A stretch of DNA of 64,000 nucleotides from the NCBI GenBank assembly GCA_013265495.1, contig MU057521.1, forward strand, positions 744,001 to 808,000. The letters run 5' to 3'. Numbering within the stretch: position 1 is the first letter of the stretch; every line of letters starts with the position of its first letter. The notes under the pieces were generated by a model. That model was not told the DNA's origin and did no database searches. It was given only the letters and a program-made list of their open reading frames with translations. This document shows, piece after piece, positions 12,825 to 26,960 of the stretch. The position numbers were made by a program, and so were the translations under genes. This DNA is from Vicugna vicugna (Eukaryota).

Positions 12825-15179
12825 TCTTCTGATTAATCTAGTCATATCAGAGACAATACTGTGGGGAAAACTTCAGAGAATAAAACTTTATGGAGGTAAA
12901 ATGTTTGAAATAAAAATAGCACAGCTTGAAAAAAATCAGATCCCATTTCTAAAAGGGTCAATCAAATGTCCAGTGGATACTTCCACCTCATCTTTCCAGA
13001 TTCTAACTCTGGACTCCTACAAGATAAGCACTGAAAATATGGTTTCGTCAGGAGTCACACTACTAAGAAGCAAAAGAGACAGAAGGCAGTCAGGAAATTC
13101 ACACACACACAAACACACACACAAACCTCTACCTAGAGCGGCTGTGCGTTATTCAGGACTAAAGTCGTTATCTCAACGTATAACTAGAAAGGAAAGAGAA
13201 ACATCAGCAGGCCTAGATCCACGGCTGGCATGGAGCAAAATGAGGCACACAAAAATGAGGGCATCCTGTCTGGCTAACAGGAAATGTTGCTTCAGATGAT
13301 GAACCATGGAAAACCACCAGTTGGCCGGCGTGGCAGGCAGTTAGCATCAGGGAGGTCCATCAGGAGTGCGTGTCAAGTCCAACAGATCCTGTCAGGAGGA
13401 AGCCAAGAGTGAACAGGCGGGAGACACACAACGGGGTCCCCTGGGCTTATTCGAGGACGGGACTATCGTTCTTGAGAGAAAAACTGGCAAGGATAAAGCA
13501 ACAGCCACAGGCCTGGAGGTAACAAGACCAGCACTCAGGCACAGGGTAAAGCAGACTCCACTCCTCAGAACACGAGGCAATTCTTCCTCTGCACTTCGGC
13601 TGCAAAGGAACAGAATTCATACTGCTAGATAAGGAGTCTCTGGCTCTTTGTACTGTCCCACAGGAATAACGAACGGTCCCTGAACCCAAGTAGAACATCG
13701 GGGGTCCTGGATTCTCAAAGGAAAGAGCACCTAAAAGTCAAGTCTCTGGCTATCAACTAACAAACCCATTTGGGAATTACTTTCCTACGTTATCATTTCC
13801 CGGATTGCTCATGTTATCCTTATTTTTCCTATGAAAGTTATTTTCTTTTAGAATAATTTGCATGTGTTATATGCCACTTAGCTATCTAATTTATCTTCTG
13901 CATTTTTATTACAAATAAATGAGGTTCATAATCCTAAAAAAAAAAAAGACGTATTAAATCACCCAAAAATCAGCATATCACCTGAAGTTAAAATGCTATG
14001 GATAAAAGGTCATTTACCTTTTTAAAAAGATTATCAGGACTTTTATAATCTCACACCTAGAAAGTTTACGGTGTGTTCAGGTCATCATTTACTAGCAAAG
14101 CTGAAAACTAGGTCTCCAGATTTAGTTACATATACACGAAAAAACAATGTTTGGATCTCCTAAGTTCTTACTAAGTGCTCAAGGAATTTGCAGCAAGTAA
14201 GAAATTGAACTATTTGGCAAGTGAAACAGGATTCCACTGGTATGGAAACAGCCTGCCCTCCTGTGCCTTCCTAGAGTGTGTGTGTGGATTCAGGGAGCCT
14301 GTCCATGATTCTGTACTTTCAAAACACCCCTAAATCCAGAGATTGTCCTCAGCCAAGTCAGAAAGCGGGCAGCTCAAGGAGCACCAGCTACCGCTCACCG
14401 AAGGCAGCTTTGTAAGTGCGTGTTGGCCCTACTCTGCCCACAGCAGGTGAGAATGTTACGGTTAGAGAAAGGAAAACCACCTCCACAGCTCCCTAGTGTG
14501 TCCCAATTTCCTCATTTTCCATCTGCATCTACACCTTTAAATTTGTTCTCCTGCCTCCTGAAAATTGGCCCCATGTTCCATTCAAGAGTAATGAATGCTA
14601 TTATTGCCTCAGTTCAGGCCCCGCCTGGGAAGCCTGGGAAAACGGAAAGGGATTCCACTTGATGAGGGAGGCAGGCTCGCAGCGCTTCCTCCCAGTGTGT
14701 CACCAGGCAGTCCTGTCATGGGTTCTGTCAGTTAGTTATTTCCATCACTCCGTCTCCCATACCATCTGTGACATTTGCTGTGGCGCTGCAGGCTTGAATG
14801 CAGAAAGCCGCTTCATCATAGCTGTCTCTCCCCTCGGCATTATGCCTACAGCTTGGAGAGCTGCCCTCGGGGTTATGGCTCTGTGGGCTGAATGGCTGGC
14901 TTTTCTCAGTGTTTGGGGAGCTGAAGGAAAAGACTGTCATGAGCCAACCAGTATTTTTTTTTTCTAAGATAAATTCAACTCTTAAAATAGCTGGTAAACT
15001 TTAAAACTAAATCACTAATGACACCTAGTAAAAAGAAAATCTCGCTAATTTTAAATGAGTTTTGTAGGCATGTGTTTATTCTTTATTAAATAGTCAACTG
15101 CTTGCTATCATGACATAATCTATCTTCAAAAAGAGATAAGGTTTTGTTTCCTTAAGCAACCTCACACATTCCACATGCC

Positions 15180-15362
15180 TACGTTTGATTCCCAGCCGTG
15201 CAACCTTGATGAGTGACTTAACCTTTCCACGCTTCAGTTTTCTCGCTTGTAAAATGGGGGTGATAACAGTACATACCTCACAGGGTTACTGTGAGGATTA
15301 AATGAACCAACATGTGTAAGATGTTTGGAGCAGTGCCTGGCTACAATAAGTGTTCACTAAAT
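15180..15362 (+). mobile_element. MIR SINE
   Basis: MIR core gtgacttaacct...cagttttctc..tgtaaaatggggg..ataacagtac..acctcacagggtt..tgtgaggattaaatga. Confidence 0.85.
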
Positions 15363-16104
15363 AGGGTCAGAAGCAGAGAGGCATTACTTTACTTCTTTAA
15401 ATTTCCCAACTCTTGGAGAGTTATAACTGAAATGATTCCAACTTCTCTAGCCTTTAGTGGTCACTTTCCTCTTTAATTCCTAATTCTCTCAACAGTCATC
15501 CTGAATCTTTGCAGGAAAAAATGCATACTTGAAACAAAACACTTCATTAAATAATATATATACACGTATATTCTATATATGTGTGTGTTTTACATACTGC
15601 AATAAAGTTTTACCATCAGTATATATCCTTACTGCAAGTAATAGTCTGGCAAGCATATATTCTATTCCATTTTCTTTCTTCACTAGTCATAACCTACCAT
15701 TATTGATTTCAGTCTGAAAAACTGCACTAAACTAAAGAAACTGCTTACTTCAATCAAAACGGCAGTATTTCCCAGTTTCAGCAACTTTTAAGATACAACT
15801 TTAAATAGAATTTTGAACCCAATATATCACAGTAGTTTATTTATATATATTATACACACACACATATATAATCACTTATATACAATTGTTTATACATAAT
15901 TATATATGCAATATTTATATATAAACACATATGTGCTTTAAATTTTATTATTAGCTGTATAACTATGAAAGTGACTTAACTTCTCTTAGTTTCCTCTTCT
16001 GTTAATTGAGATAATACCTACATCCTAGAGATAAATGCCAAGTATTCAATAAATGGCAACAATCGTAACTACCAGCCATTACCAAGGACCACATAAGGTT
16101 CTCA

Positions 16105-16230
16105 AGGATGGTTCTCAATCATGGCTGCATAACAAAACCCCTTATGGAGGTTTTTAAACATACAGTTGCCTGAGCCTCCCTCCGCTTAGTGAATCTCCCA
16201 AGATGCGGACCAGGTAGGATAACTCAGGTG
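16105..16230. mobile_element. MER5B-like hAT MITE fragment
   Basis: ggttctcaatcatggctgcata...ggaggtttttaaacataca..tgcctgagcct. Confidence 0.5.
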
Positions 16231-17209
16231 AGATAACACAAAGAGTCAGACTGACAAATCAGATTCAACAATAATTATTGATATTACCCAGTATCAAGGT
16301 AAATAAGGATTCAAAGGATATAGACAACAGCAAAATGTGAGCTAAGCATTCTTTCGTTAGAGAGGTCTGAAACTGTCAGGTGTAGGTGCCTGTAAAGAAT
16401 CCTCCTTCTTCCTGTATAAGGAGGCATGTTGGTCCACACTGAATATGAAAGGTGTAAGCATCAGACAAAGTGCATTGCCAGAACAGAGGGAGCCATTCTG
16501 GTTATGGAACACCTTCTTTTTGATATCCCACTAATTACACAGCTCACATGACATTTTCCAGCAAGCTGTGCCCCATAAATTCATAAATTCCAGGCTTATT
16601 TACATTGAGCAACCTAGACAGACCTAGTCCATCTTGCTAAAAATATTCCATAGATAAGGACACTCCACCTAGTGAATGCCAGTAGTGTGTTTGCCATCAC
16701 GTTGGTCATTAGTATGTTTACAAAGGAACTAAATCAAATCTCTCCTCCTCAATAGGTGATATAAATTACAGGGACTGGAACCACGTAACTATACCTTTTC
16801 CAGTTCTGATTTAGCATTTCTGAACTTATTTGAATAAAATTTGTTTTGAGCAAAGATACACAGGGATTGACATTCAGAGTGTCCCAAGAGCCTTAGGGAA
16901 GTTTTACACTTTAAATAGCTGAAAGTGATTTTTAAATAGCTTAAAACTGCCCTAAGTCTTTGGCACCATGTTTTAACTCATTTTAGGAGTGAGAAATTAA
17001 AGCAGTAATATTTTGTTGGTTTTTTGCGTGTTTTGGGTTTTTTCAGCGGGGGCGGTGTTTGGGGACATGATAAAACAGTATCAGTCTTCCAAGTGCCCAT
17101 AATTCAGAATTAGTCATGTTTCACGTGGTATACACCCAGTTCTCTCATGTAATATGCTGTAGTATGCTTATCCAAATAAAACGATGTGTTTGCACCTCTA
17201 TTTTTACAG

Positions 17210-17346
17210 ATATTCCATTGACAGAAGCAGTGACCCTGGAAGATTTTTCTATGTTGACATTACAACAGGTGCCCTAATGACTGCAAGACCCCTTGACCGG
17301 GAAGAGTTTTCCTGGCATAACATCACTGTCCTTGCTATGGAAATGA
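17210..17346 (+). CDS. CDH20: Cadherin-20 coding exon (EC4), absent from the ORF track
   Basis: Acceptor tttttacag| and donor ATGA|gtaagt; 137 nt. Read by hand: (R)YSIDRSSDPGRFFYVDITTGALMTARPLDREEFSWHNITVLAMEM, containing the LDRE motif. Phases fit both neighbours. Confidence 0.95.
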
Positions 17347-17869
17347 GTAAGTAACACAATAAACTGGTCTCCACATAGTGGCAAAATATAAGCATTACAG
17401 AATGCGGAAGTTTCTACAGCTTGTTGGAACAAGAATTATATTCTTTACGGGAAGAAATGGAAATCCTGTTTTACGCAAGTAAATAAAAGTATTTAGTTCA
17501 AATACTTATTGAAGATCTTCTCTATATCTAGTCCTGTGCTAGAGATAAAAACAAACAAGCAAAACATCCAAAAATGGCACAGAAAACAGCATCCTTAAGC
17601 CAAAGAGCTAGACTTCTCTATGCAGAAAAGGGATAATTCATGAGAAATATAAGAGGCTTTCAATCTTTAATAAGATTAGGAATGCACAAATAGTATAAAA
17701 TATTATTACAGGATGAAAAGAAGCATTAAAACATAGCATTCTTATTACACACACACATATACACAAAAATGCATACGAGAATTTGATACACATACACACA
17801 TACATCTTACAACAAAAGGCAGATTCATTAACTTAAAGTTAAAAATGTAATTTAAAACTAATAAAAAAT

Positions 17870-18500
17870 AGATTAATGTATTTATTGTAAACATAACACA
17901 AATTAAGATTATATACTACTACATTCCATTTTTTTTCATGACACTTACTGATACAAAGGTTAAAGGAAAAGGCAATCCCTAATGTACTGGCAGACGTATG
18001 TACAGCCATTCAGGAGGCAAATGTGGTAATTAATCTTTTGCATTAAGATTCTCCAACATATCCGTATATTTTTTCTCAAGAATTCTACTTCTAATAATTG
18101 TCTTAAGGAAATAATCATAAATATTAACAAAGATTTATGTACCCAAATGTCTGCCACATTATTTTAAAATATGGGAAAAGGGAGGAATTACCTAAATGTC
18201 TAATAATAGGAGTTTCCCAAATAAATTATGGTACAGCCATACAGTAAAATGGGAATATCATGTTGATATTAATACTCATGCTTTCAAAGCTTATTTCAGT
18301 GACACAGGATAATCTTGCCACAAAATATTACAGTTCTAAATCCAACTTTTGTATTTAGCTTAACTGCTGTGTGTGTGTGTTAGAGAGTTTGGACACCTGT
18401 AATATTACACTTATATAATGGATGTCTCTGGTGGTAGGACTTTGGATGATATTTTTTCTTATGTTTTTCTGGATTTCTCATTACCCCTTGTATAAACAAG
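17870..18500 (+). mobile_element. Ancient L1 (L1ME-like) 3' fragment
   Basis: aattctacttcta...aaggaaataatca...acctaaatgtctaataatagg...ataaattatggtaca.ccataca. Confidence 0.65.
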
Positions 18501-18998
18501 TACCATCACAGTCATAATGAAAACAAATTAAGTATGTCAGCCCTTACGGTAACCAAGCAATAGAAGTATCTGGAGGGAAAACACAGTAGAGTACAGATAT
18601 TCTTAAGAGAGGGAAAAAAAGAAAAAGAATGAACCAGAAGAATGAGGCATTCTGAGGTTTAATAAAATTATTTACTAAGCATAATTTCTGGGCCTTATTA
18701 TTTCTATTTTGTCTTCTTGGGACGGTGGCCAAAACAGAATAAGACAGGAGGGGCACTACTGGGGCTGTGAAATTATCTTTGTGTGGTAATACCAAGCAAA
18801 AGACAGACCAAAAGAACACATTTCCCCATGAGTGACTATGAGTAACTTCTCCTGCCCGAGCCCAAGATACAGATTTGGTGTATGTTTGATCCTCTAATAT
18901 CTCCTTAGTCCATAAGCAGAAATGAATGTGCAGTGTTATCTGCAATCCCATGAATAACATGAAACCTTCTAAAACACAGTAATTCAAAGAACTGATTA

Positions 18999-19402
18999 CA
19001 GGTTGTTCCCGCTATCCGAAAGCAGAGCATACCTACGAAATGTTTTGTAAGCCAAAATGGTGAAAAGCAAAGAAGGAACTATCTTAGGACTCATCTGGCC
19101 AGTGGATGCACAAAATAAAAAGCACAGATGCTCAGACACAGTTCAAAGATACGGCAGCTTGATGCTGAGCGCAGTTCCTGGGGAAGGAGCTTGCGGACGC
19201 CACTCACAGCTCAGGGCGTAGGCTGCCTCTGTAACGGCTCACTGCTACACAAACGCTGAATGCTATTTTCGCTTTCCGCCTTTTCCCATAAAAGTGAAAA
19301 TCCTCTTTGGATTTCTTTTGGTTAGCAAAAACAAGTACTAATGTGGGTCTTTCCTAAAAGCAAATGGTGTAAAGGGAACTTTGAAAAAGTAGGGGAAACC
19401 TG
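18999..19402. mobile_element. Tigger-type (Tc1/mariner-pogo) MITE with both TIRs and TA target duplication
   Basis: TA|caggttgttcccgctatccgaaag ... ctttgaaaaagtaggggaaacctg|TA, an imperfect ~24 bp inverted terminus pair. Confidence 0.8.
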
Positions 19403-19800
19403 TATCACACAGGAATAAAGTCAAGCAATGCTACACAGTATGCATCTGATTAGAAATGGGCTGCTTCAAGCCCAGAATACAGAACTGATCTGCCTTTAAT
19501 TCTAGAACCTGAAGAATGAGCCAAGTGAGATTCAAAACCTCTTTCTAAGGTCCAATTTGTGATGACTGCTCCCCGCAAGCCTCACCCCTCATCTCACCCT
19601 CCTGATACTACACACACTCTCCAACACACGCCTTGCTCTGCCCAAGCATGTGTTCCGACCACATTCTTAACAGGCAGCCCTGGCATCCTTGTGTTGCTAT
19701 CTCCATGTACTTCAACCATTCCTTTAAAAACCAGGCTGAAAAGGTAAATACCTATTTCAACAGAAGAGCTGTTTTCTTGCAATAATGAACCCTCTTTACC

Positions 19801-19831
19801 TTGTTGTTGTTGTTTTGTTTTGTTTTGTTTG
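19801..19831. repeat. (TTG)n/(TTTTG)n simple repeat just upstream of the splice acceptor at 19844
   Basis: Directly visible. Confidence 0.9.
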
Positions 19832-19843
19832 TGCTCTCTTTAG

Positions 19844-19965
19844 ACAATCCTTCCCAGGTTGGAAGTGTTTCTGTCACAATCAAAGTCTTAGATGTGAATG
19901 ACAATGCCCCAGAGTTCCCCCGATTCTATGAAGCTTTTGTCTGTGAGAACGCCAAAGCGGGACAG
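19844..19965 (+). CDS. CDH20: Cadherin-20 coding exon (EC4 end / EC5 start)
   Basis: Acceptor ctctctttag| and donor CAG|gtaagg; 122 nt. Encodes (N)NPSQVGSVSVTIKVLDVNDNAPEFPRFYEAFVCENAKAGQ. Confidence 0.95.
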
Positions 19966-22619
19966 GTAAGGCTGCCTGTGAGGCGCGCACCTTGGTTGGC
20001 CCCCAACATGTGGAAATGACTGTTACAGATAACAAAATTTGCCATCAAAGTACCTCAGACTCCAGAAACTGAGCTTACGAAACAGAGTTCCCAGCTTCTG
20101 TACATTACGTTGCAATGGTTTATTTGTTAAGGAAACTATTTGGAGCTTCCACTACATTTTATGATCTAAATGAGGTTGTGAATCAAGATGGCTTACCCAT
20201 CTGTGAGTCAGGGCAGTCACCCACCTTGTAACTGAACTATATAGAACCAAATGTAGTAACATGTGCTCTGGATCCTGGAAATGAGGGACCATGAATATCA
20301 GAAGAAAGAAGACTCTTTTCCTCAGTTTAGCACTAATCTTTGGAAATACTTGCAGTCGGGAAAGTTTATTTTTTAGATCTTCCCACCTCCCTTTCTTAAC
20401 TTCTGGCAACAAGTATCTTGTTAGGAACTGCCTGCCCTATTCTCAGAACACTCTGTTACCCAGAACTACCTACTCTGAATCCTCCCTCAATTCAAACACT
20501 CATTTTCTTAGTACCACTCATGTCAGATTTGAGAGGAAAAGCATCTGAAGGAACAAATTTCTACTTACTTGAAATAGCTTTAGTTCCATAATCTTCAGAT
20601 GTATTTGCCTATTTTTTAAAGCCTGCTTTTAAACTTAAATGAGTATTTGGTTGATTAAATCCCAAGTAGTGTAACTGAAAACTGAAAAACATCCTAAGTG
20701 TGCTTGGAATGGCCGTGTGTTAGTGTGTGCATCAGCTGCTGCCCGCCCCACACCACCCTTCCATACCCCAGAGCACAGGCCATCTCCCCTCTTCCGCTCC
20801 TGCTTTTTAAAGACTCCTTCCTCTCTACCTATGACCCAACAGATTATGTAACAGTCCTACTAATTTATTTCCCCCAGAGCATATTTTATGGTCCCATGGA
20901 TTGTGGCTGGGCGTGGTTCAGGTGCAAATGATAAGGACTTAGGTTTTGGGTTTCTCACTAGAATGCAGTTTCTGCTTTCACTTCTCACCCTCACCTCCCA
21001 CATCCTTCAGCAGAGAGACTCTGTCTCTACAACCAAAACTTATATTCGCTTCCTGAACTCACCAAAGATTGACTCAACACATCTTAACCATTCTACTCAA
21101 AACAAAAAGTGACTCCCATCCCCCAGAGGGGAAAAAAGTGTTCTGCAGTGATTCTGATCTAAATGATTTCATCCATTGATTCTTGATACTCAGTGCAATG
21201 GTCTATAGCACACCTAAATTTTTTCAACAAGTCTGAGATAATTTCACTCCCATATCTACTGAAATTCTAGCCTAGAATGACCTGAAGTATTATGCAGCTA
21301 ATAAAAGTTACAACGAAGACTTTCCAGTGTAAGAAATGATCTATGTTATTATAAGCAAAGAAAGGAGGTATAAAAACACATACATACTTGCAGTAATGTA
21401 AAAATATATCTGTATGGGAACAAAGATTGGGAGACAGGATGCAAAAATAGCCATGGTTACTGTGCTACAGGAGCTGAGATTTGAGTGAGGGGATTTGGGC
21501 CTTTATTTTAATAATTTTTGTATTTTAATATAACATATTATGTATATTACAGAAATACTACATATAAATTTTGTTTTATGTAAGACTGTTATGACAAATA
21601 CATAATACTTTATATTATAATATAACAAGAGACTTATTTTTAATCTAGACTCTAAAGAGTAATCAGTAGCATGTAAATTAAACTCTCTCCCCCTTCAAAA
21701 ATGAAACATTTCCTTTCTTAAAGGGCTTCAGACTAGAAGGATAGGTTTATAGCACATTACCACCTGTCTTGTTTGTGGAGCACACATCTTTTAAGGGTCT
21801 TTTATACAGTCCTTTGAAGCACAGTTTATCTGTGAATTCAAGTTCAGATCATGAGGCACAGGTCTGTCACAGTCTGTCATATTTGTCTTCTTTAGCCCAA
21901 GATACTGAAAATTCTCCTCTTTGATTTTGGCTCTGGGGCATGTTTTGAAGATTTGCAAAAGCACACAGCTCAGTAGACACGTCTGGTTTGTGAAGAATCA
22001 GGCCTCCTTGTGTTAGATCTGTCGGACATCATGGTCAGCTTTGCATCTGCTGAGCTTCGCGTGTGTGTTTTACTCTTAGCAAGCAGCCATGAAAGAAGCC
22101 CAGGAAGAAATCAGACCACATCCCTGGTGCCGGCTCAGGGCCGCATGACACTGCTGAGCAGAATCTTGAATGGCAAGTGGGGCTGAGGATGAATCGGACC
22201 TGCCGGGAGAGTGGAGGGCGGGAGAGCGGGCCCTGGTGCTCCTGACCTGGGCCCAGAGGCAGTCTCTTTGCTCACCGGTTCTTTACAGCCCTGTAACCAA
22301 CCCCAGGTCCCCACCTTACCAATATACATATATACACTTCAAAGGTCAGATGACCTGAAATGACTTTCCAATTGCTGTCCAAGTTATACACAATCACCTG
22401 TTTATAACAGACATCAAGAAACACGTCTTCACACGAGTGGAGCTCTAGGCAAGATGGAATGTACAGGATTTGTCTCAGCAGGGATGGGACAGTGGGGTGA
22501 CCCTCACGTGTGCACAGCACTGACACCAGGCTGGACTGTGGGGCAAATTTATCTTCAGCGCTCTCCTGATCCCTCTCCTTTATTACAAGTCCACTCCCCT
22601 GACCTTTAGATTCAACAGA

Positions 22620-23000
22620 GGCCAGCTGCCAGTTGGGTTCAGCAGGAGGCACATCCTGAGATGGAGTTCTGGGCTAAGATGTTTTTTAAGGGGCCAACAC
22701 CAGTGGAAGGGAAGAGCTTCTGCAGGACTGGGCAAAAGGAGAAGTCCAGCTGCAGTGCAGATGCACTAACAGCCCTGGATGGCTCCACGGAATTCTAGAA
22801 TCAGGGTTTCACTCAGTTGAGATGAGAGGGCCAGGCCTTTATGCTATCGCAGCAGCCACTGGATGTGGGAGGATGAGGAAGGACGAGGTGACTGTGGGTA
22901 GGTGGCTCTCAGCAATTGAGACAATCTCCAAAGAGACTGATAGCTGAAGGCATCAAGTGCTTCAGTGGGGAGATCTGAGCAACACCGTGTTCACCAGCAA
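22620..23000. mobile_element. Old ERVL-type LTR (LTR33/LTR41-like) remnant
   Basis: gggttc...gcacatcctgagatggag...atgttt..aagggg...gtggaagggaag resembles this class. Confidence 0.45.
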
Positions 23001-24086
23001 GCCCCTTGCAGGAAGCTTCGTCCTCTGTTACATAATCTTCAGCATCCGGTGAGGGAGCACAACCCCCCTTTACAGGTGAAGAAGGTCAGACTAAGCAAGC
23101 CCACCTCGGCCCTCCAGGCGACCTTCAACGTTCCATTTTCTACCCTGCTAGCAGCCAGCTTCTAACAGTAGAAGTGTCGCGCCTACAGAGCCAGGCCCGA
23201 GAAGGGTGGGGGGAGTATGCACTACTGGCTGGCAGGAGAGCAAACAGAAAGGAAGGAGACCATCCCTTCAACACCTTCTGTGTCCCCCCCAAGTCTGTCT
23301 GCCAATGTTTCAACTGTGTATTTCACACTGCTTTCTTTAGCAACTGTTTCATCATGGTCTTCAAAGCCTTCATGATAACTTACTATTTTGAAAAGTGTTG
23401 TGGAAAAGGCAAAATTTTGGCCAAAGAGCTCAAGAGGAAGCCATCCCGCCTCTCACTCTCCTCAGCCCCAAGCTTTGCTACTGGCTCTAGTCTGTTCTGT
23501 ACATCCCACCCCGGGAGTCTTGTGTGCCTACCTGCCCTTCCTGCCAACAAAGAGTGACTTCCCTGGGACCCATCCTCTCCATTTGTTTTCCATTAATCTG
23601 ACACAGTCAATGTTGTATCTGCTTCCTTCCTTCTAGGTATTGGTCATTTTTAAATAGGAGCCTCTCAAAAATAGCAATTTGACCATAAAATACTAACCCA
23701 AATGTGAGGAAAGGAAGGTGAAGTGAGAGGACAAAAAACAGAAACAAGCAAGACCTTGTGGCACCGCAGTTCTTTTACTCAAAGTCTTTGTTTAGACTGC
23801 CTAAAAATGGCTAGCCTTGGGGAGAGAATAGTACGTTATGTCGACACCTAACATCTAAGGTGTTTAGGTAACATCTACCCTGTGCCTGTTAACATATTCA
23901 GGCCCAACAATAAACCAAAATTCAGTTCTGAGCTGTGTGATGGCACAGTGACTGTCCAGGGAAGCTTCAGGATGTCCTTCTAGTTAGGTAAAACAATCTG
24001 CTACTGGATTTCAGGGTGTGGGGTCTCATCTGCCCTTGAAACTTTTCTTGTTGACTCTGACTCCCCTGATTCATGCCCTCCCCTAG

Positions 24087-24204
24087 CTGGTCCAGACAGT
24101 GAGTGCAGTGGACCAAGACGATCCCCATGGCGGCCAGCACTTCTACTACAGCCTGGCTCCCGAGGCTGCTAACAACCCCAACTTCACCGTAAGGGACAAC
24201 CAAG
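24087..24204 (+). CDS. CDH20: Cadherin-20 coding exon (EC5)
   Basis: Acceptor ccctcccctag| and donor CAAG|gtaatc; 118 nt. Encodes LVQTVSAVDQDDPHGGQHFYYSLAPEAANNPNFTVRDNQ. Confidence 0.95.
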
Positions 24205-26639
24205 GTAATCAGTGGGCCACCGATGTTCTCTACAGCTTGGGCTGGACACTGTGGGTTACTATTAACCATGCAAACTGTGTCAGAGGTCACCTGCTCTTTA
24301 ATAGCAGCGAAGACATTAATGCTAATTTGTATGGCCTTTTAAAGTTTTGTTTCAGAACATCGAAGACAAAGAACGTCCTCTGCTGATTCTGAATCTTTCA
24401 TTCATTCAGTCAGTTCATAGGAGTTTGAGCACTGGCTCTCCCTTCACCCCGGAGAGCAGCCATGTTTGTATGTTTCTTAACTGTGGGAATAATCCTAAGA
24501 AAGGTGACAGAGAGGACTACATAAAGAGAGAAACCTGAGGGAATGTTCCTAAGCAAGGATCAAAGCAGGAAACTGGGGAAAGCTCCCAGAACAAAAGGGA
24601 GACAGAGGCTAAGTAACAGAGAGCAAAAGGCAAATCCACAAACACAGTGAGTAAGTAGTTCCAGCACCAAAACAATTTTATTACTTTGGAACGATTCAGA
24701 AACAGCCAGGTGGGGTTCCTTATTCCAGAAAGTGCTTCCCACTACAGCCCTGCTGAAATGAAATCCTGGACCCCTCTTCTCCCAAAGCATTCAGATCAGC
24801 TAAGGAGTTCACAGACCTCACACACTCTTCACTGGGCACAGATGGAAAAAGGAGGGGCTTTTGTTCTCTGGCCAGAGGATTTTCAGAGGAAGGTCAGAGC
24901 AAGTGAAAAAATACTTTAAAGCTATCAAATGAACCCTTCTGTTGCTAATTCTGCCCCCAAATAGCTTCTGACCTTGGGAGGGAGGGGATCACCTCCCTGA
25001 ATAGCAATAGCCTCATTTTTATTCCAATTCTAAAATACTACCACTTTATAACAATCTAAACAAAGGGCAACAAAGAGTCATGATTTAGGTATACCCAGTC
25101 TTAGTCTCAATCATCAACTGTTTGAAACTTAAAGTATTAACTCCGCTCCACATGACATTCTGCTGTTAAAACTAGGGAATATCAAACCTGGTTTCTTCTA
25201 AATGGGAAGCATTCTTCCAAATCATCTCTTTAAACTTCTACATCAAATCATCAGATCACTGTGCTAATTCTGAAAGGAAGAGTAATATAAATTATAACAA
25301 CAGAAATACCTCAATTAGATATCTTGATATTTTTACTGGGTCAAATTTTGAATTACTCATTTATCTACTTCACCTGGAAACCCTTCCTGCAAAAAGTCAT
25401 TTCAGCCCCTTCAGGATTGGTTTTAGAGTGGAAACCCTGGAGCAAAAAATAACACATTATACTGTTTCTTCAAATTTTCAGCTAATTGCCACTACATTCC
25501 TTCACTCTGATATTTGTCAGAATCAACACAGAAACAATATGCAGCAAAATGCTGCAAATTTCTTAGCGATGATTTTGGGCACCAATTCATGAAGCCCATA
25601 CCTTAAAAAGATGGGCTACTGGAACACGATGACTGTAAACAGAAATGACTTATCTCTTGGAAGGTTTTCCAAAACAGACGTCAGCACAACTTCAGTAGAA
25701 AGAATGAACTGTTAATCTGCTCGTGACAATTACCCTTGACCATCCTTTACTGAGGTTCATTAAAAATTGGCCAGTATCTGATATGGTGGATCTACTGTCA
25801 AGCCCCCCAATTCCTGTGCCCAAAACATGGTATTGATTTATGAATGCGATAGTGCACTCTCTCAAGTAAAGCCTTTCTTACTTTTTTTAAATCCCCAAAG
25901 CTTTATTTCACATTATCAATAATCTTATAAAATGTTAAGGAAGTTACTAACCTCTCTGATTCTTATTGTCTCATTTGATAGATAAGGTAAGAAAGCAAAT
26001 GGCCCAAGATCAGAGAGTAAACAGCATTAAAATTGGGACTAGAAGTTGGGACCTTCTGTTTTAGCTACAAAAAAAAAAAATTGTCACCTTGGAAACAGAT
26101 ACTACTTCCAAGTGGGTTATTCAAGCTCTAGTTCCTACACTCAACAAAAACTTTACAAATGGCTAGAATATGCCAGCTTTTTTCTAGGATTAATCTCAGC
26201 AATGTGATGCTCTGATTTTTTTTCTTTAATCTTACGTAATTCTGAAATCAAGAAATATCTGATATATAGTAGGCATGATGTAATACTTATATGAAATTCA
26301 ATTCTTGTCTGGGATTCTAAAAGTGTCATGAACTGGCCTCAATTAAAATGAAAAATAAAAATAAAAAAGATTTCTGTTTTGAGAAAAATTTGACTTCTGA
26401 AAAAAAATTAAAACAGTGAAGCAGAACTAATAGTACTTAGCTATGAAATCTGGAAAACACAAAAGAGGGTGGATTGTGTGGTAGGGAGAAATATGGATAC
26501 AATCTTCAGGTTGGCAACCAACTGCAAACTTAGACAAAAGTCTAAGTACCTGGCACATAAGCACTCAATATAATGACCGCTACCATGGAAAAGCAGAGGG
26601 AGGAGGAAGTGGAAAAGTAAATTAAGGAATAACGTCTTT

Positions 26640-26960
26640 GTCAGAACAGGCTAAGTTACACTGTGGGAACAAACACCACCAAAATCTCAGAGGTTTGATG
26701 CAACCAAACTTAGTTTCTTGCTCACATAAAGCCGACTGTGGGTCTGAGCGACCAAGGACAGCTGCCCATGTAGAGGCTTCTCAACTGCTCTTCCACGTGC
26801 TGCACAAGGCGAGAGGGCACGACAACCACATACCAGCTATTACGTGCTTCTGCCTAGAAGTGACATGATTCACTTTTGCTCATTTTCATCATCTAAAGCA
26901 AATCATACAGACATGCCCAGACTCAAAGAGGGTAGAAAAGTATAATCAGTTATTATATCC
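26640..26960 (-). mobile_element. MLT1 (MaLR) LTR remnant
   Basis: aacaaacaccaccaaaatctcagaggttt...tttcttgctcac...tgcctagaagtgaca...cacttttgctcatt...aagcaaatca. Confidence 0.65.

Noticed and set aside
12703..13299. 198-aa ORF in an intron
   Set aside because: It has a GTG start, runs through CA microsatellites (HTHTHT) and shows no recognisable domain or exon structure; most likely a chance ORF.
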